A stretch of DNA of 64,000 nucleotides from an uncultured candidatus Porisulfidus sp. (GCA_965215125.1 OZ244052.1:1152001-1216000), one strand, 5' to 3'. Numbered from the stretch's first letter, positions 1 to 9,948 are shown. A program made the numbers and translations. Notes: generated by a model from the letters alone, not told the origin.

Positions 1-1054
1 GCATTTGATCGTAGACTTTTTCTGCATCGTTGCGTACCGATTCGGCGTATGCCTTTTTCTGCTCCGCCAAGCTACGTCTTTCGGACGAATCCGCCTCGAT
101 GTCTTTAGATTCGGCTTGCTTTTCGTCCGAATAATACTTGAGTACCGTAGAGACAGTCTGTCCTACACCCTGCACGATCTGAGATACGCCTTGCGTAAAG
201 GTAGTGACATTTTGTGCTCTTTGATAGGTTATCAAATTGCCGCCCCCTTTAGTCTTTGAACGAAGCTTTTTTTGTATAGATTTTTCCTCATCTACTGCGT
301 TGTTCTTATCGGCTTCGTCGGGGTACTCGGTATTGTTAACTTCTTTATCATCCAGCGGTACATCGTTTGCTTTTTGTGCCGCCTTTTGAAGTTTTTTCTC
401 TTGATTTTTTATATCGTTATCTATGTTGTCACCTTCTTCCGTAGACTCGGTCTGCCGGGACTCGGCTGACTCCGGTGTCGATTCGATAGAAGCCGAGGCT
501 TTAGTCTCGTCTTCTTGGGGCTTGTTCGGTTCAATTTCGGATTCGCTAGAATCTAGCGATTCGGTTTCCATAGTTTCGGAACCAGATAGCATTTTTGTGC
601 TTGCTACTGCGCCCCCCAAAGAGATAGCGCCGCCGACAATCTGCATGCTACCCATAGCAATCCCGGCCCCAAGCGCAAATTTTGCCGCTTCTCGAATCGT
701 TTGTGCGGCTTCTTTTAGCTTGGAAGCAACACTGAGTGCCGCCTCCATCGCATCGTCTTCGGCAACTTTCTCGTTCTCAACCATGGATTTTTCCATGACA
801 TCCATTACCGCAAAGACATCGTACTCAACCGAACCTAGAATCGTGCCGCTTAAGCCCAGTGCCGAAGAGAGATCAAATTTGCTGTCGGGTGTATGGTTTA
901 AGGGCGGCGCATTGTCTTTCTGAACTCTCGGAGACGGTGCGCCCGAAGTGTCGTACGGAAGGGGGGCACCAGGCGCAGTTGTTCCGCTTGTGGGTACCGG
1001 TTGCGCGGTATCTATGGTTGTTATAGGAGGGGGGGTTTTGTCTATTTCGTTCAT
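1..1054 (-). CDS. Putative type III secretion translocator, SctB/YopD-like (partial, runs off window edge; missing from ORF track)
   Basis: Manual translation: ATG at 1054 after an AAGGAGG RBS, no stop down to base 1 (351 codons). Pro/Thr-rich N-terminus (MNEIDKTPPPITT...), one hydrophobic segment (IREAAKFALGAGIAMGSMQIVGGAISLGGAVA), acidic linker, then a YopD/PopD-like region (QGVSQIVQGVGQTV...KQAESKDIEADS...). Confidence 0.7.
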   Translation of the reverse strand, partial: MNEIDKTPPPITTIDTAQPVPTSGTTAPGAPLPYDTSGAPSPRVQKDNAPPLNHTPDSKFDLSSALGLSGTILGSVEYDVFAVMDVMEKSMVENEKVAEDDAMEAALSVASKLKEAAQTIREAAKFALGAGIAMGSMQIVGGAISLGGAVASTKMLSGSETMETESLDSSESEIEPNKPQEDETKASASIESTPESAESRQTESTEEGDNIDNDIKNQEKKLQKAAQKANDVPLDDKEVNNTEYPDEADKNNAVDEEKSIQKKLRSKTKGGGNLITYQRAQNVTTFTQGVSQIVQGVGQTVSTVLKYYSDEKQAESKDIEADSSERRSLAEQKKAYAESVRNDAEKVYDQM

Positions 1055-1107
1055 AAAACTCCTCCTTAACCGTTTATGGTTAGCTTTTTTAAATTAGATC
1101 GTATGTA

Positions 1108-1116
1108 ATTATAGCA
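1108..1116 (-). promoter_or_regulatory. Possible extended -10 element (TGcTATAAT) upstream of the translocator-like gene
   Basis: Minus strand reads TGCTATAAT about 55 nt upstream of the ATG at 1054; no good -35. Confidence 0.35.
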
Positions 1117-1213
1117 TAAACGGGGGACCTATGTACAAGTATGTATAATAGAAATTTGCCGACAATGAAAGCCTAAAATAAGAGAGTCAAGCTAATGGTC
1201 ATGTAACAACAAA

Positions 1214-2472
1214 GGGAATTATACAGATAACTTGACAAATAAATGTTAAATTATATCAATGAAAACTCATAGAATAATCAGATACCGCTTGTATCCAGCG
1301 ACCTATGAAAAGCATCGGCAATTACACGGAACTGCCGGAGCGTGTCGTTATGTTGGGAATCACTTTGTAGCTAAGTTAAAGGATGAATACGAGTATTACG
1401 GGGAGAGCCGGTTCAGCTTTTTCACCCTAGGCAAGCAATTTACGACATTGCGAAAGCATTGCGACAAGTGGTTGCAAGGTTATTCCGCTTATATCGTGAA
1501 ATCATCACTACAACCGATAGAGATAGCATACAAAGGATTTTTCAAGGGCAACAACGTATTGCCGAAGTTTCACGGCAAATATACGCATAGCCCGTCATTC
1601 CCGATCAATTATCAATCGGCAAAGATATCAGGTTGTCACTTGTATATACAGAAGGTCGGCTGGATAAAGTTTGCCGGTGGAGATAAATACAGGAGTGAGA
1701 AGTTTGTATCGGGTCAAGTCAAGTATGAGTGCGGTCATTGGTATGCGTATATTTGCTATGAAGTAGAGCTAGCGGACAAACCGCACATGCTCAAGGAAGT
1801 GGGTCTGGATAGGAATGTGGGACAGATAGCATTGTCGGACGGAACGATGTATTACCTACCTAACTTGAAGCGTAAGGAAGCAAGGCGTAGGCGGTATCAA
1901 CGCATAGTTGCTAGGCGGGTTAAGGGAAGCAACAGACGGAAACTAGCACGGCACAGACTAAACAAAGCATACCAAGCGGAGCGTAATGCGAGGGCGAATT
2001 GGTGTCATAAAACCAGCAAGCTAATAGCGGACAAATACGACATCGTGTATATGGAAGGATTGAATACAGCAGGCATGACGAAGTCGGCGAAAGGGACAAT
2101 AGAAGCACCGGGCAAGAATGTGAAAGTAAAGTCAGGTTTGAATAGGGAGATACTAAAAAGTGGTTGGTATAAACTGGAACAATGCTTAAGCTACAAAGCA
2201 TATATAGAAAAGGTCAATCCGGCATATACAAGTCAAACCTGCAACAGGTGCGGAAGCATAGATAAAGCGAACCGCAAAACACAAGCGATATTTAAGTGTC
2301 GGCACTGCGGACACGAGGACAATGCAGATGTCAATGCTGCATTAAACATTTTGGCGGCTGGGAGTACCGCAGCTGGGCGTGGAGATTGCAACATTGGTTG
2401 GTCTGTGAAGCGTCAAAAAGATAGGGTAACGGGGCGGTCTAACAAGTCTGTCAAGTCACCTATATAATTCCC
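1214..2472 (+). mobile_element. Non-autonomous TIR element (IS1595/ISNwi-type ends) carrying tnpB
   Basis: Left end 1214-1237 GGGAATTATACAGATAACTTGACA; right end 2449-2472 reverse-complements to GGGAATTATATAGGTGACTTGACA (21/24). Flanking 8-mers ACAACAAA (1206-1213) and AAAACAAA (2473-2480) match 7/8. No transposase inside. Confidence 0.75.
1259..2467 (+). CDS. tnpB: RNA-guided endonuclease TnpB family protein
   Basis: N-terminal HTH (RYRLYP...G.CRYV.N), RuvC-I GLDRNVG, RuvC-II VYMEGL, Zn ribbon CNRC/CRHC, RuvC-III NADVNAALNI; D/E/D triad intact. Confidence 0.93.
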   Translation: MKTHRIIRYRLYPATYEKHRQLHGTAGACRYVGNHFVAKLKDEYEYYGESRFSFFTLGKQFTTLRKHCDKWLQGYSAYIVKSSLQPIEIAYKGFFKGNNVLPKFHGKYTHSPSFPINYQSAKISGCHLYIQKVGWIKFAGGDKYRSEKFVSGQVKYECGHWYAYICYEVELADKPHMLKEVGLDRNVGQIALSDGTMYYLPNLKRKEARRRRYQRIVARRVKGSNRRKLARHRLNKAYQAERNARANWCHKTSKLIADKYDIVYMEGLNTAGMTKSAKGTIEAPGKNVKVKSGLNREILKSGWYKLEQCLSYKAYIEKVNPAYTSQTCNRCGSIDKANRKTQAIFKCRHCGHEDNADVNAALNILAAGSTAAGRGDCNIGWSVKRQKDRVTGRSNKSVKSPI

Positions 2473-2492
2473 AAAACAAATGATTATTTTTC
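2330..2492 (+). ncRNA. Predicted omegaRNA/reRNA overlapping the tnpB 3' end and right TIR, with flank-derived guide (boundaries approximate)
   Basis: Inferred from TnpB biology: the scaffold overlaps the end of the ORF and the guide comes from the DNA just outside the right end. Not directly observable. Confidence 0.4.
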
Positions 2493-2574
2493 ATAGGATT
2501 AAATTTATCTATATCAAATCGGATAAAGTTGTCGGCATGTCATTCGAGATGGTATATGAGGCATAAATACACGC

Positions 2575-2746
2575 GGAGCCGTTGAAAAAGTATTTCATAC
2601 ACCGTAGGGACGGACTATTCCCTTCCTGTGGAGGGGTGGCAGGCGTGAGAACCGCAGCTTTATCCTGTCCCTACAGGTGGTTTGGATAATTATGTGGCAC
2701 ACAGCGGGTTGGATTTGTGCGGTGTCAATAGTTTTGCAACAGCCCC
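2575..2746. mobile_element. MITE-like element with IS1182-type ends and nested REP-like palindromes
   Basis: GGAGCCGTTGAAAAAGTA at 2575 and TAGTTTTGCAACAGCCCC ending at 2746 resemble the TIRs of the IS at 24447-25907. Inside are a GTAGGGAC..GTCCCTAC inverted pair and CTATTCCCTTCCTGTGGAGGGGTGGCAGGCG. Confidence 0.6.
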
Positions 2747-2785
2747 GCGTACATAGGTTCACGACTTAAATTTCCTTCTCTAGAT

Positions 2786-3754
2786 ATGTTAATGTCCGTT
2801 GCCAGGCGATTTCCCTTAGGCATCTTTGTTGTTGAACCGGGGTTGGCAATGCGCGAACTGCTCCTTGCATTGATGCTCGGTATCGTCGCACTATGTTATG
2901 TCTGGGGGTGGGGAGTGATCGTCAACATCGTCATTGCGGTTATCACCGCCGTCGTATCCGAGGCGGTGATCCTAAAGATCCGAGGCATCGCAGTCATGCC
3001 GATACTACAAGATTACAGCGCGATAGTGACCGCAGTCCTACTGGCACTGGCTCTTCCTCCTTATCTGCCGTGGTGGGTTGTGGTCATTGCCTCGGCTTGT
3101 GCAATCGTGATAGCAAAACAGTTGTACGGTGGTCTCGGTAATAATTTGTTCAATCCGGCAATGGTCGGCTATGCAATCGCAATGATTGCTTATCCGCTAA
3201 ACTTGACGGTGTGGCCCCCCGATGTATTGACGGCAACCCGTTTTGATTGGGTTCAGGCGATTGATTATGCGGTTAACGCCGCTAGCGAACCTTATGTTGC
3301 TACACTCACCGGTGCAACACCTCTGGATCTTTGGCGTACCGACAGTGATTGGCAACCGCGTGTAGAAACCACAATGATACATTGGAATGTTATCAATATC
3401 TGTTTTCTAGTCGGTGGATTATGGCTACTGCTACGCCGTCTTATCCACTGGCATATTCCGGCAGCGATACTATGCACACTGTTCATTGCGGCTTTGGTAT
3501 TTCCCGGTGGTTTATCACCGCATTCGTCGTTGTGGCTACATCTGGGATGCGGTGCAACGATGATCGGTGCTTTTTATATTGCCACCGATCCGGTCACCTC
3601 GCCGCGCCACCCGTATATGAAAGTACTGTTCGGTATCGGTGTCGGTGTATTGACTTTTATAATCAGAAAAAACGGCAGTTATGCGGATGGTTTTGCATTT
3701 GCGATACTATTGATGAACCTTTTTGTTCCTTTAATGAACCGTTATGCTAAATAA
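2786..3754 (+). CDS. rnfD: Rnf electron transport complex subunit D
   Basis: AKQLYGGLGNNLFNPAMVG, FMN-attachment TGATPL, ATDPVTSP; start codon uncertain. Confidence 0.92.
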   Translation: MLMSVARRFPLGIFVVEPGLAMRELLLALMLGIVALCYVWGWGVIVNIVIAVITAVVSEAVILKIRGIAVMPILQDYSAIVTAVLLALALPPYLPWWVVVIASACAIVIAKQLYGGLGNNLFNPAMVGYAIAMIAYPLNLTVWPPDVLTATRFDWVQAIDYAVNAASEPYVATLTGATPLDLWRTDSDWQPRVETTMIHWNVINICFLVGGLWLLLRRLIHWHIPAAILCTLFIAALVFPGGLSPHSSLWLHLGCGATMIGAFYIATDPVTSPRHPYMKVLFGIGVGVLTFIIRKNGSYADGFAFAILLMNLFVPLMNRYAK

Positions 3755-4319
3755 ACATTATGCAGGCACCTATTTGCTTGCCTTAGTCGTTATGGTTGCG
3801 GTGGCAAGTCTAACGAGCAGTGAGTTTTGGACTCGCGAGGCGCGCACGCAAGCACAACAAGAAAAAATTGAACAAAGCCTTAGTGCGGTAGCACCGATTA
3901 CCGATTACGATAACAATCCGCTACAAGAAAAACAGTACCGACAACACGGCGGGAAAACCTATATCGCGTATCCGTTCACAAGAGATGGTCAATTGGCAGG
4001 CTATGTAATACAAAATGAAACATATTCCGCTTACAATGGGTTGCTGAAGGTATTGGTCGGGTTGCGACGCAACGGGACTTCCAGCGGTGTTCGCGTTGTA
4101 GCGCATCGTGAAACCCCCGGATTGGGCGACCGTATAGAACCTCGGAACAATCGCTGGATACTAAAACTTCAAGGAGCTACGGTTGATAAACGCTCGTGGC
4201 AGCTCAAAAAGGACGGCGGTGTAGTGGCCAACTTAACCGGTGCCACCGTTAGTGCACGCGCAACATTGAACAGCGCACACGAGGCTTTGTTATACTTTAC
4301 ACGCGATTTAGAGTATTAG
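3744..4319 (+). CDS. rnfG: Rnf subunit G
   Basis: HRETPGLG and FMN site LTGATVS; operon position. Confidence 0.9.
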   Translation: MLNKHYAGTYLLALVVMVAVASLTSSEFWTREARTQAQQEKIEQSLSAVAPITDYDNNPLQEKQYRQHGGKTYIAYPFTRDGQLAGYVIQNETYSAYNGLLKVLVGLRRNGTSSGVRVVAHRETPGLGDRIEPRNNRWILKLQGATVDKRSWQLKKDGGVVANLTGATVSARATLNSAHEALLYFTRDLEY

Positions 4320-4331
4320 GATACACGATAA

Positions 4332-4952
4332 GTGAACACACAAGCAATCAAGCAAATTATTGTTGAGGGTTTTTGGGAGCAGAATCCCGGCGTGATACAG
4401 TTGTTAGGCTTATGCCCGCTACTTGCAGTGACGACGACACTGCAAAACGGGTTCATCTTAGGCGTCGCCAGTCTAATCACCGTAACCCTAAGCTGTTTGT
4501 TGGTTTCGCTATTGCGGCATTATATTTCTATGCCGTTGCGACTACCGATTTGCATTGTGATTATTGCCATGATTGTCGGAAATATAGACCTGTGGATGGC
4601 AGCGATGCTTTACGAGCAGCACCAAGTCTTAGGTCTATTCGTACCGTTGATTATCAGCAATTGTGCCATCTTGGCGCGTGCCGAAGCGTACGCACTACAT
4701 CATCCTCCCTTATATGCAACGGTGGACGGGCTGGCAACCGGCTTAGGATTTATCGCAGTGCTTTGTATAATCGGTACTTTTAGAGAGCTCTTAGCCTACG
4801 GGAATTTGGGAGCAGGTGCGGGGATACCGATATTTTTGCCGGCGATTACGCCGGCAGGCGCATTTTTTAGCCTTGCGTTGTTAATCGCACTGATCAAGTT
4901 TTTAAAAACATACTACGGCACAGAACGGAAACCGGCACGACTCAGCAAATGA
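4332..4952 (+). CDS. rnfE: Rnf subunit E
   Basis: QLLGLCPLLAVT and PLIISNCAIL motifs. Confidence 0.92.
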   Translation: MNTQAIKQIIVEGFWEQNPGVIQLLGLCPLLAVTTTLQNGFILGVASLITVTLSCLLVSLLRHYISMPLRLPICIVIIAMIVGNIDLWMAAMLYEQHQVLGLFVPLIISNCAILARAEAYALHHPPLYATVDGLATGLGFIAVLCIIGTFRELLAYGNLGAGAGIPIFLPAITPAGAFFSLALLIALIKFLKTYYGTERKPARLSK

Positions 4953-5584
4953 CTAAACAAAAAATTATTCGAATATTCGAACGGCTGAAAGCACAAAACC
5001 CCGAACCTCGCAGTGAACTTAAATATCGTTCTCGCTTTGAACTGCTGATTGCGGTTATTTTGTCGGCGCAAGCAACCGATGTCAGTGTCAATAAAGCGAC
5101 GCGCATGCTATTCAAACGTGCGAATACCGCGCAGAAAATGTCGGCATTATCGTCCGAGCAACTGAAGGGCTATATCAAGACGATAGGATTGTTCAACACC
5201 AAAGCGAACAATATATTAAAAACTTGTAAGATTCTATTAACCGAGCACGGTGGACGCGTACCCAACGATAGAGATGCTCTAACCCGACTGCCGGGTGTGG
5301 GGCGCAAGACTGCAAATGTAATATTGAATACGGCTTTCGGTGAAAAAACGATTGCAGTTGATACACACATTTTCAGAGTTTCTAATCGCATCGGGTTTGT
5401 GTCGGCTAAGACACCGCTTGCCGTCGAGCAGAAGCTATTGCAGGTCGTCCCCGAGCAATACAAACGTCATGCCCACCATTGGTTGATTTTGCACGGCCGT
5501 TATGTATGCACCGCACGTGCGCCGGCTTGCGGTAGCTGTTTGATTGCCGATCTGTGCGAGTACGAAAACAAAACCGAGAAATAA
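4949..5584 (+). CDS. nth: Endonuclease III
   Basis: LSAQATD, HhH LPGVGRKTA, VDTH, C-terminal 4Fe-4S cysteines. Confidence 0.97.
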   Translation: MTKQKIIRIFERLKAQNPEPRSELKYRSRFELLIAVILSAQATDVSVNKATRMLFKRANTAQKMSALSSEQLKGYIKTIGLFNTKANNILKTCKILLTEHGGRVPNDRDALTRLPGVGRKTANVILNTAFGEKTIAVDTHIFRVSNRIGFVSAKTPLAVEQKLLQVVPEQYKRHAHHWLILHGRYVCTARAPACGSCLIADLCEYENKTEK

Positions 5585-6594
5585 TGCAGTTCCTAAAAAC
5601 AATTTATAGATTTCTAATCGCAAAGATGCGGAGAAAGCGGCAGCAAGAAAAGCAAGCGCAATCCACCGAACCCAAACCAACTGTTCCGACCGAGCCGCCT
5701 GCCAAGCGCGTCCTAATCACATACGGAGTATTTTCTTTGATATTTATCGTGTTGGCTGCTGCCGCATGGTTTTTCAAAGGCGTGGATTTGTTGCCCGAAC
5801 CCTTTGCACCCGGAACCGATACATCAAACGCCGATATAAAGCCCGAAGCCGACGATAGAAATACCGTAGTGTCAGGAGAACATTCGAGTAATAAACCCAA
5901 AATGAAGCGCGTTGCCGACCTCGATTGGGCCAACGAACTACAGGACAAAGTGGAACGCTTAAAAGACGAAATTCAGCAACTTGACAGCAAACTGAACACG
6001 GCTAGGATTAAGCAATATATCGCAAGTGCACGGTACTTAATGGAGACCCGTACCGCACCCGAGCAAGCATTATCCCTACTGCAAGCAGCCCGCACCGATA
6101 TAGCAGTGCATCGCCACACTTCCGAGGCCGAGATGAATACACTGTCGCAAGATATAGATCGTCAAATAGCGCGCTTGCAACACTATATCGCACACTCACC
6201 TCGCAGAGCCTTGACATTGTTAAATCCTTTGATAGAGCATCTGCATACGAGTCTGGAAATCACATCCACACCGCAAGCGGAAATGCATGCGAACACCGGG
6301 CGCATCGATGAGAGTTGGGTAAAAGAATGGTTGAATAAAATCTATGCGGCAGGAAAGACCTTGATCAAGGTAGAACATCCGGATTATCAATATATAGAAA
6401 ACAATTATGTATTGTTTAAGCTATTAATTACCGCACGCTCGGCAGTATTATTGAACGAGCAAGAACAATTCAACATTGCATTAAAAGATGCGCTCGGACT
6501 AATAGAAAATATGCCGAATCCGCCGATCTCGCAAGAACAGATACAGGCTATACTATCGCTGGAGATTACTTGGCAACTACCGACGATGCAATAA
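5584..6594 (+). CDS. HemX-like membrane-anchored coiled-coil protein (divergent)
   Basis: Single TM helix plus coiled coil, directly upstream of a HemY-like gene; ATG at 5584 overlaps the nth stop. Confidence 0.55.
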   Translation: MQFLKTIYRFLIAKMRRKRQQEKQAQSTEPKPTVPTEPPAKRVLITYGVFSLIFIVLAAAAWFFKGVDLLPEPFAPGTDTSNADIKPEADDRNTVVSGEHSSNKPKMKRVADLDWANELQDKVERLKDEIQQLDSKLNTARIKQYIASARYLMETRTAPEQALSLLQAARTDIAVHRHTSEAEMNTLSQDIDRQIARLQHYIAHSPRRALTLLNPLIEHLHTSLEITSTPQAEMHANTGRIDESWVKEWLNKIYAAGKTLIKVEHPDYQYIENNYVLFKLLITARSAVLLNEQEQFNIALKDALGLIENMPNPPISQEQIQAILSLEITWQLPTMQ

Positions 6595-7706
6595 TGAAAA
6601 ACACACTGACATTTATATTTATATCGGTTATATTCGCAGCCGTATTATTGATCGCATTGAATTATCCGGGAGAAATTGTCGTCAAGTTGGCAAATTACCC
6701 GAATATAACGATTAATTTTTACTTTTTTATTGCAATATTTATCGTGCTGGGTTTAGTTCTGACAGGCTTATTCAAAATGTTTTCTTCGCTAATAAGATTA
6801 CCAACTTTACTGAACGGTATACAACATCGTCGTCGGACTAAGAAAGACGCACAACTATTTCACGAAGGTTTGAATCTATACCTATGCGGCGATTATGCCC
6901 ACGCGACACAGTTGTTGCTAAAAGCCACAAAATCCAAAACCAACCCGCGTGTGCTTGCCGGCTTGTTTGCTGCGGATGCGGCACTATTGAATAACGACTC
7001 CGAAACAGCCCACCGGGCGATAACGCTGACCGGTGCGGCACCCGGTGAAGACCTCGCTGCCGACATCATTGCAGCCGATCTTGCCATCGGCGATGAATCA
7101 CCCGAACGGGTAGCACGACGCATCAACGAGATTATCGGCGACAAAACAAACAATCTGCGTGCAATTAGAATGTTGATCAAGTTATGCGATAAGAGCGGTG
7201 CATGGCACTTGGCGGAACAAGCACTGGGACAACTCGACGGTGCTCTACACGACGTGCCGCACCGGCGACAACAAATTCGCACCCAAATCACCTCGGCACT
7301 ACTGAAGCGGGCAGCCGAACAAAAAGATAAGCAACGATTTAATCGCTTGTGGCAGCAAACCGACGAAGCAATTCAAGAAGCATTGTTAGAACGCTATGTC
7401 GCCTTATCGGTGCAATTAGGCGACGCAAAAGAAGCCGAACATTATCTTGAAAAAGTAATAGCACACGATTATAACGAAGTCGCGATAGCACAATACGGTT
7501 TGCTACCCAATATCGGCGTAGACCACCGCATTAAACGCGCCGAGCAGTGGCTGGCAAAGCATCCGGAAAACCCCGCATTATTGCTTTGTCTGGCAAGATT
7601 GTATAAAAGCAATGCCAGACCCGACAAAGCTAGGGAATACTTTGAAAAAAGCCTTGCGATTAAGCCCGACCACCAAATCCGGCAAGAACTCGGCACACTT
7701 TCATAG
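6594..7706 (+). CDS. hemY: HemY-like TPR membrane protein
   Basis: Two N-terminal TM helices and C-terminal TPR (AEQWLAKHPENPALLLCLARL...AREYFEKSL); ATG overlaps the upstream stop. Confidence 0.75.
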   Translation: MKNTLTFIFISVIFAAVLLIALNYPGEIVVKLANYPNITINFYFFIAIFIVLGLVLTGLFKMFSSLIRLPTLLNGIQHRRRTKKDAQLFHEGLNLYLCGDYAHATQLLLKATKSKTNPRVLAGLFAADAALLNNDSETAHRAITLTGAAPGEDLAADIIAADLAIGDESPERVARRINEIIGDKTNNLRAIRMLIKLCDKSGAWHLAEQALGQLDGALHDVPHRRQQIRTQITSALLKRAAEQKDKQRFNRLWQQTDEAIQEALLERYVALSVQLGDAKEAEHYLEKVIAHDYNEVAIAQYGLLPNIGVDHRIKRAEQWLAKHPENPALLLCLARLYKSNARPDKAREYFEKSLAIKPDHQIRQELGTLS

Positions 7707-7841
7707 ATAAACTTTAGTTGTCCGGTGGCATATCCGCATTCAACTCCATAAATAGAAAAATACCGCACGCTTCTATGAAAATATGGAAGAGCAACTATAT
7801 TCATATATAATATCCTTGATAGACGATAAGATAATCTTGGT

Positions 7842-8435
7842 ATGAAATTACGCAACGCCCATATTTCTAGGGAAACAGCCGAAACCTCTATAGAAGTCGC
7901 TTTAACCCTTGACGGTTCGGGACAAGGCATGAGTAATATCGGTATTCCGTTCATGGAACACATGCTGGATCAATTAAGAAAACATGGTCGCTTTGATTTA
8001 GATATCAAAGCACAAGGCGATCTTGAGGTGGATTTTCACCACACGGTTGAAGACACCGGCATCACATTGGGACAATGTTTCGACAAAGCCTTGGCAGATA
8101 AAAAAGGTATTTATCGCTACGGGCATGCCTATGTGCCTTTAGACGAAGCATTGTCGCGGGCGGTGATAGATTTTTCGGGACGTCCCGGGCTCGTCTACAA
8201 AGTTGAATATCCGCGAGCGCGTATCGGCGAGTTCGACGTAGATTTAATACACGAATTTTTTCAAGGCTTTGTCAATCATGCGAAAGCGACCGTACATTTG
8301 GATAATATCAGAGGTTCTAATGCCCACCATATTGCGGAAACCTTGTTTAAGGCTTTTGCGCGAGCTTGCCGAACCGCGGTCGCGATAGACCCGCGGATGG
8401 CATCGGAACTCCCCTCAACCAAAGGAAAACTATAA
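7842..8435 (+). CDS. hisB: Imidazoleglycerol-phosphate dehydratase (monofunctional)
   Basis: HHTVED and NAHHIAE motifs, PSTKG C-terminus. Confidence 0.97.
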   Translation: MKLRNAHISRETAETSIEVALTLDGSGQGMSNIGIPFMEHMLDQLRKHGRFDLDIKAQGDLEVDFHHTVEDTGITLGQCFDKALADKKGIYRYGHAYVPLDEALSRAVIDFSGRPGLVYKVEYPRARIGEFDVDLIHEFFQGFVNHAKATVHLDNIRGSNAHHIAETLFKAFARACRTAVAIDPRMASELPSTKGKL

Positions 8436-8518
8436 GCGGCTATTAATTTAATAAGGTTCTTGTATAACCTTGAGACAAAGACTCGGCTTGCAAAATTGTG
8501 AATAGGTGATCGTAACAT

Positions 8519-9157
8519 ATGTTAATTGCTATCGTAGATTGCGGTATAGGGAATCTATATTCGGTCAAACAAGCACTCTCGCACGCGATTTCCGGTAATC
8601 CCGAAATTGTGATTACCGACGATGTTGCGGTTGTTCGTGATGCCGATAAAGTAGTCTTTCCCGGTCAGGGTGCAGCGAAAGACTGCATGGCCGGAATCAC
8701 TCGTAAGGGTTTGGTTGAACCTCTAAAACAAGCCGCATCCGAAAAACCCTTTTTGGGTATTTGCTTGGGTCTACAGGTGTTATTTGATCATAGTGAAGAA
8801 AACGGTGGCACAAAGTGTCTAGGTCTGCTACAAGGACAAGTCAAGCATCTAAACACTGCAATTCCCGAGGAAAACAAATACAAAATTCCGCATATGGGCT
8901 GGAATAGCGTCAAACAATTAACGGATCATCCGTTATGGAATAGTATCGATAATAACGAATACTTCTATTTTGTGCATAGCTATTACATCGTTCCCGATGA
9001 CGAACGACAACAGGCGGGATGTACCGAATACGGCGTTACTTTCAGTTGTGCTGTCGCATCGGAATATATTTTTGCAGTGCAGTTTCACCCCGAAAAAAGT
9101 TCCGCTTGTGGATTGCGTTTGTTAAAAAACTTCGGAAATTGGAACGGCACCGTTTAA
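8519..9157 (+). CDS. hisH: IGP synthase glutamine amidotransferase subunit
   Basis: PGQG, GICLG, PHMGWN, QFHPEKS. Confidence 0.97.
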   Translation: MLIAIVDCGIGNLYSVKQALSHAISGNPEIVITDDVAVVRDADKVVFPGQGAAKDCMAGITRKGLVEPLKQAASEKPFLGICLGLQVLFDHSEENGGTKCLGLLQGQVKHLNTAIPEENKYKIPHMGWNSVKQLTDHPLWNSIDNNEYFYFVHSYYIVPDDERQQAGCTEYGVTFSCAVASEYIFAVQFHPEKSSACGLRLLKNFGNWNGTV

Positions 9158-9197
9158 CGGTTATAATGATAGAAAACATCACCCTATCTAAACCAAC

Positions 9198-9941
9198 ATG
9201 TTACTCATTCCCGCAATAGATCTAAAAGACGGCAAATGTGTACGTCTACGTCAGGGCATCAAGGAGCAAGAAACCGTTTTTTCCGACAACCCGATTGCCG
9301 TCGCCGAGCGTTGGGTTGCGCAACAAGCGAAGCGTCTGCATATTATAGATTTAGACGGTGCTTTTGAAGGTAAACCGCGCAATATGAAAGTTGTAGCACA
9401 AATAACCGAAGCCTTTCCCGATATATCGGTGCAAGTCGGTGGCGGCATACGAGACGACGACACCGTGCAAGCCTATTTGGATTGCGGCGCGCAGTATGTC
9501 ATTATCGGCACTCGTGCGGCAAGCCAGCCGCATATAATCAAAGATCTATGTTTGGAGTTTCCGGGGCACATCATCGTGGGTTTGGATATCAAAGACGGCA
9601 AAGTTGCAACCGAGGGCTGGTCTAAAGTATCGCACCACGACCCTATAGATTTGGCGCAACACTTTGGAGAGGATGGTGTGGTTGCGATTATTCATACCGA
9701 TGTCAGCTGCGACGGTATGATGCAAGGACCTAATATAGAAAGTTCCTTAGAATTGGCAGCTTCTACACATATACCCGTGATCGCCGCCGGTGGTTTTACG
9801 ACACTGGATAATATCAAGCGCGTATGCACCGCCGGCGAGGAAGGGATGCAGGGAATTATACTCGGGCGAGCTTTGTACGAAGGCACCATAAATCTAAAAG
9901 AGGCACATCAACTTGTAGAGAGTTTCGGGGCTTTAGAGTAG
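9198..9941 (+). CDS. hisA: ProFAR isomerase
   Basis: [20 protein letters not shown]. Confidence 0.97.
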   Translation: MLLIPAIDLKDGKCVRLRQGIKEQETVFSDNPIAVAERWVAQQAKRLHIIDLDGAFEGKPRNMKVVAQITEAFPDISVQVGGGIRDDDTVQAYLDCGAQYVIIGTRAASQPHIIKDLCLEFPGHIIVGLDIKDGKVATEGWSKVSHHDPIDLAQHFGEDGVVAIIHTDVSCDGMMQGPNIESSLELAASTHIPVIAAGGFTTLDNIKRVCTAGEEGMQGIILGRALYEGTINLKEAHQLVESFGALE

Positions 9942-9948
9942 CGGGGAG

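Noticed and set aside
5-923. Plus-strand ORFs 5-259, 272-469 and 423-923
   Set aside because: Antisense shadows of the long minus-strand ORF starting at 1054, which has the RBS and a protein-like sequence.
1232-1258. TTGACA in the left IR as a full sigma70 promoter for tnpB
   Set aside because: No acceptable -10 at 16-18 bp spacing before the ATG; left unannotated.
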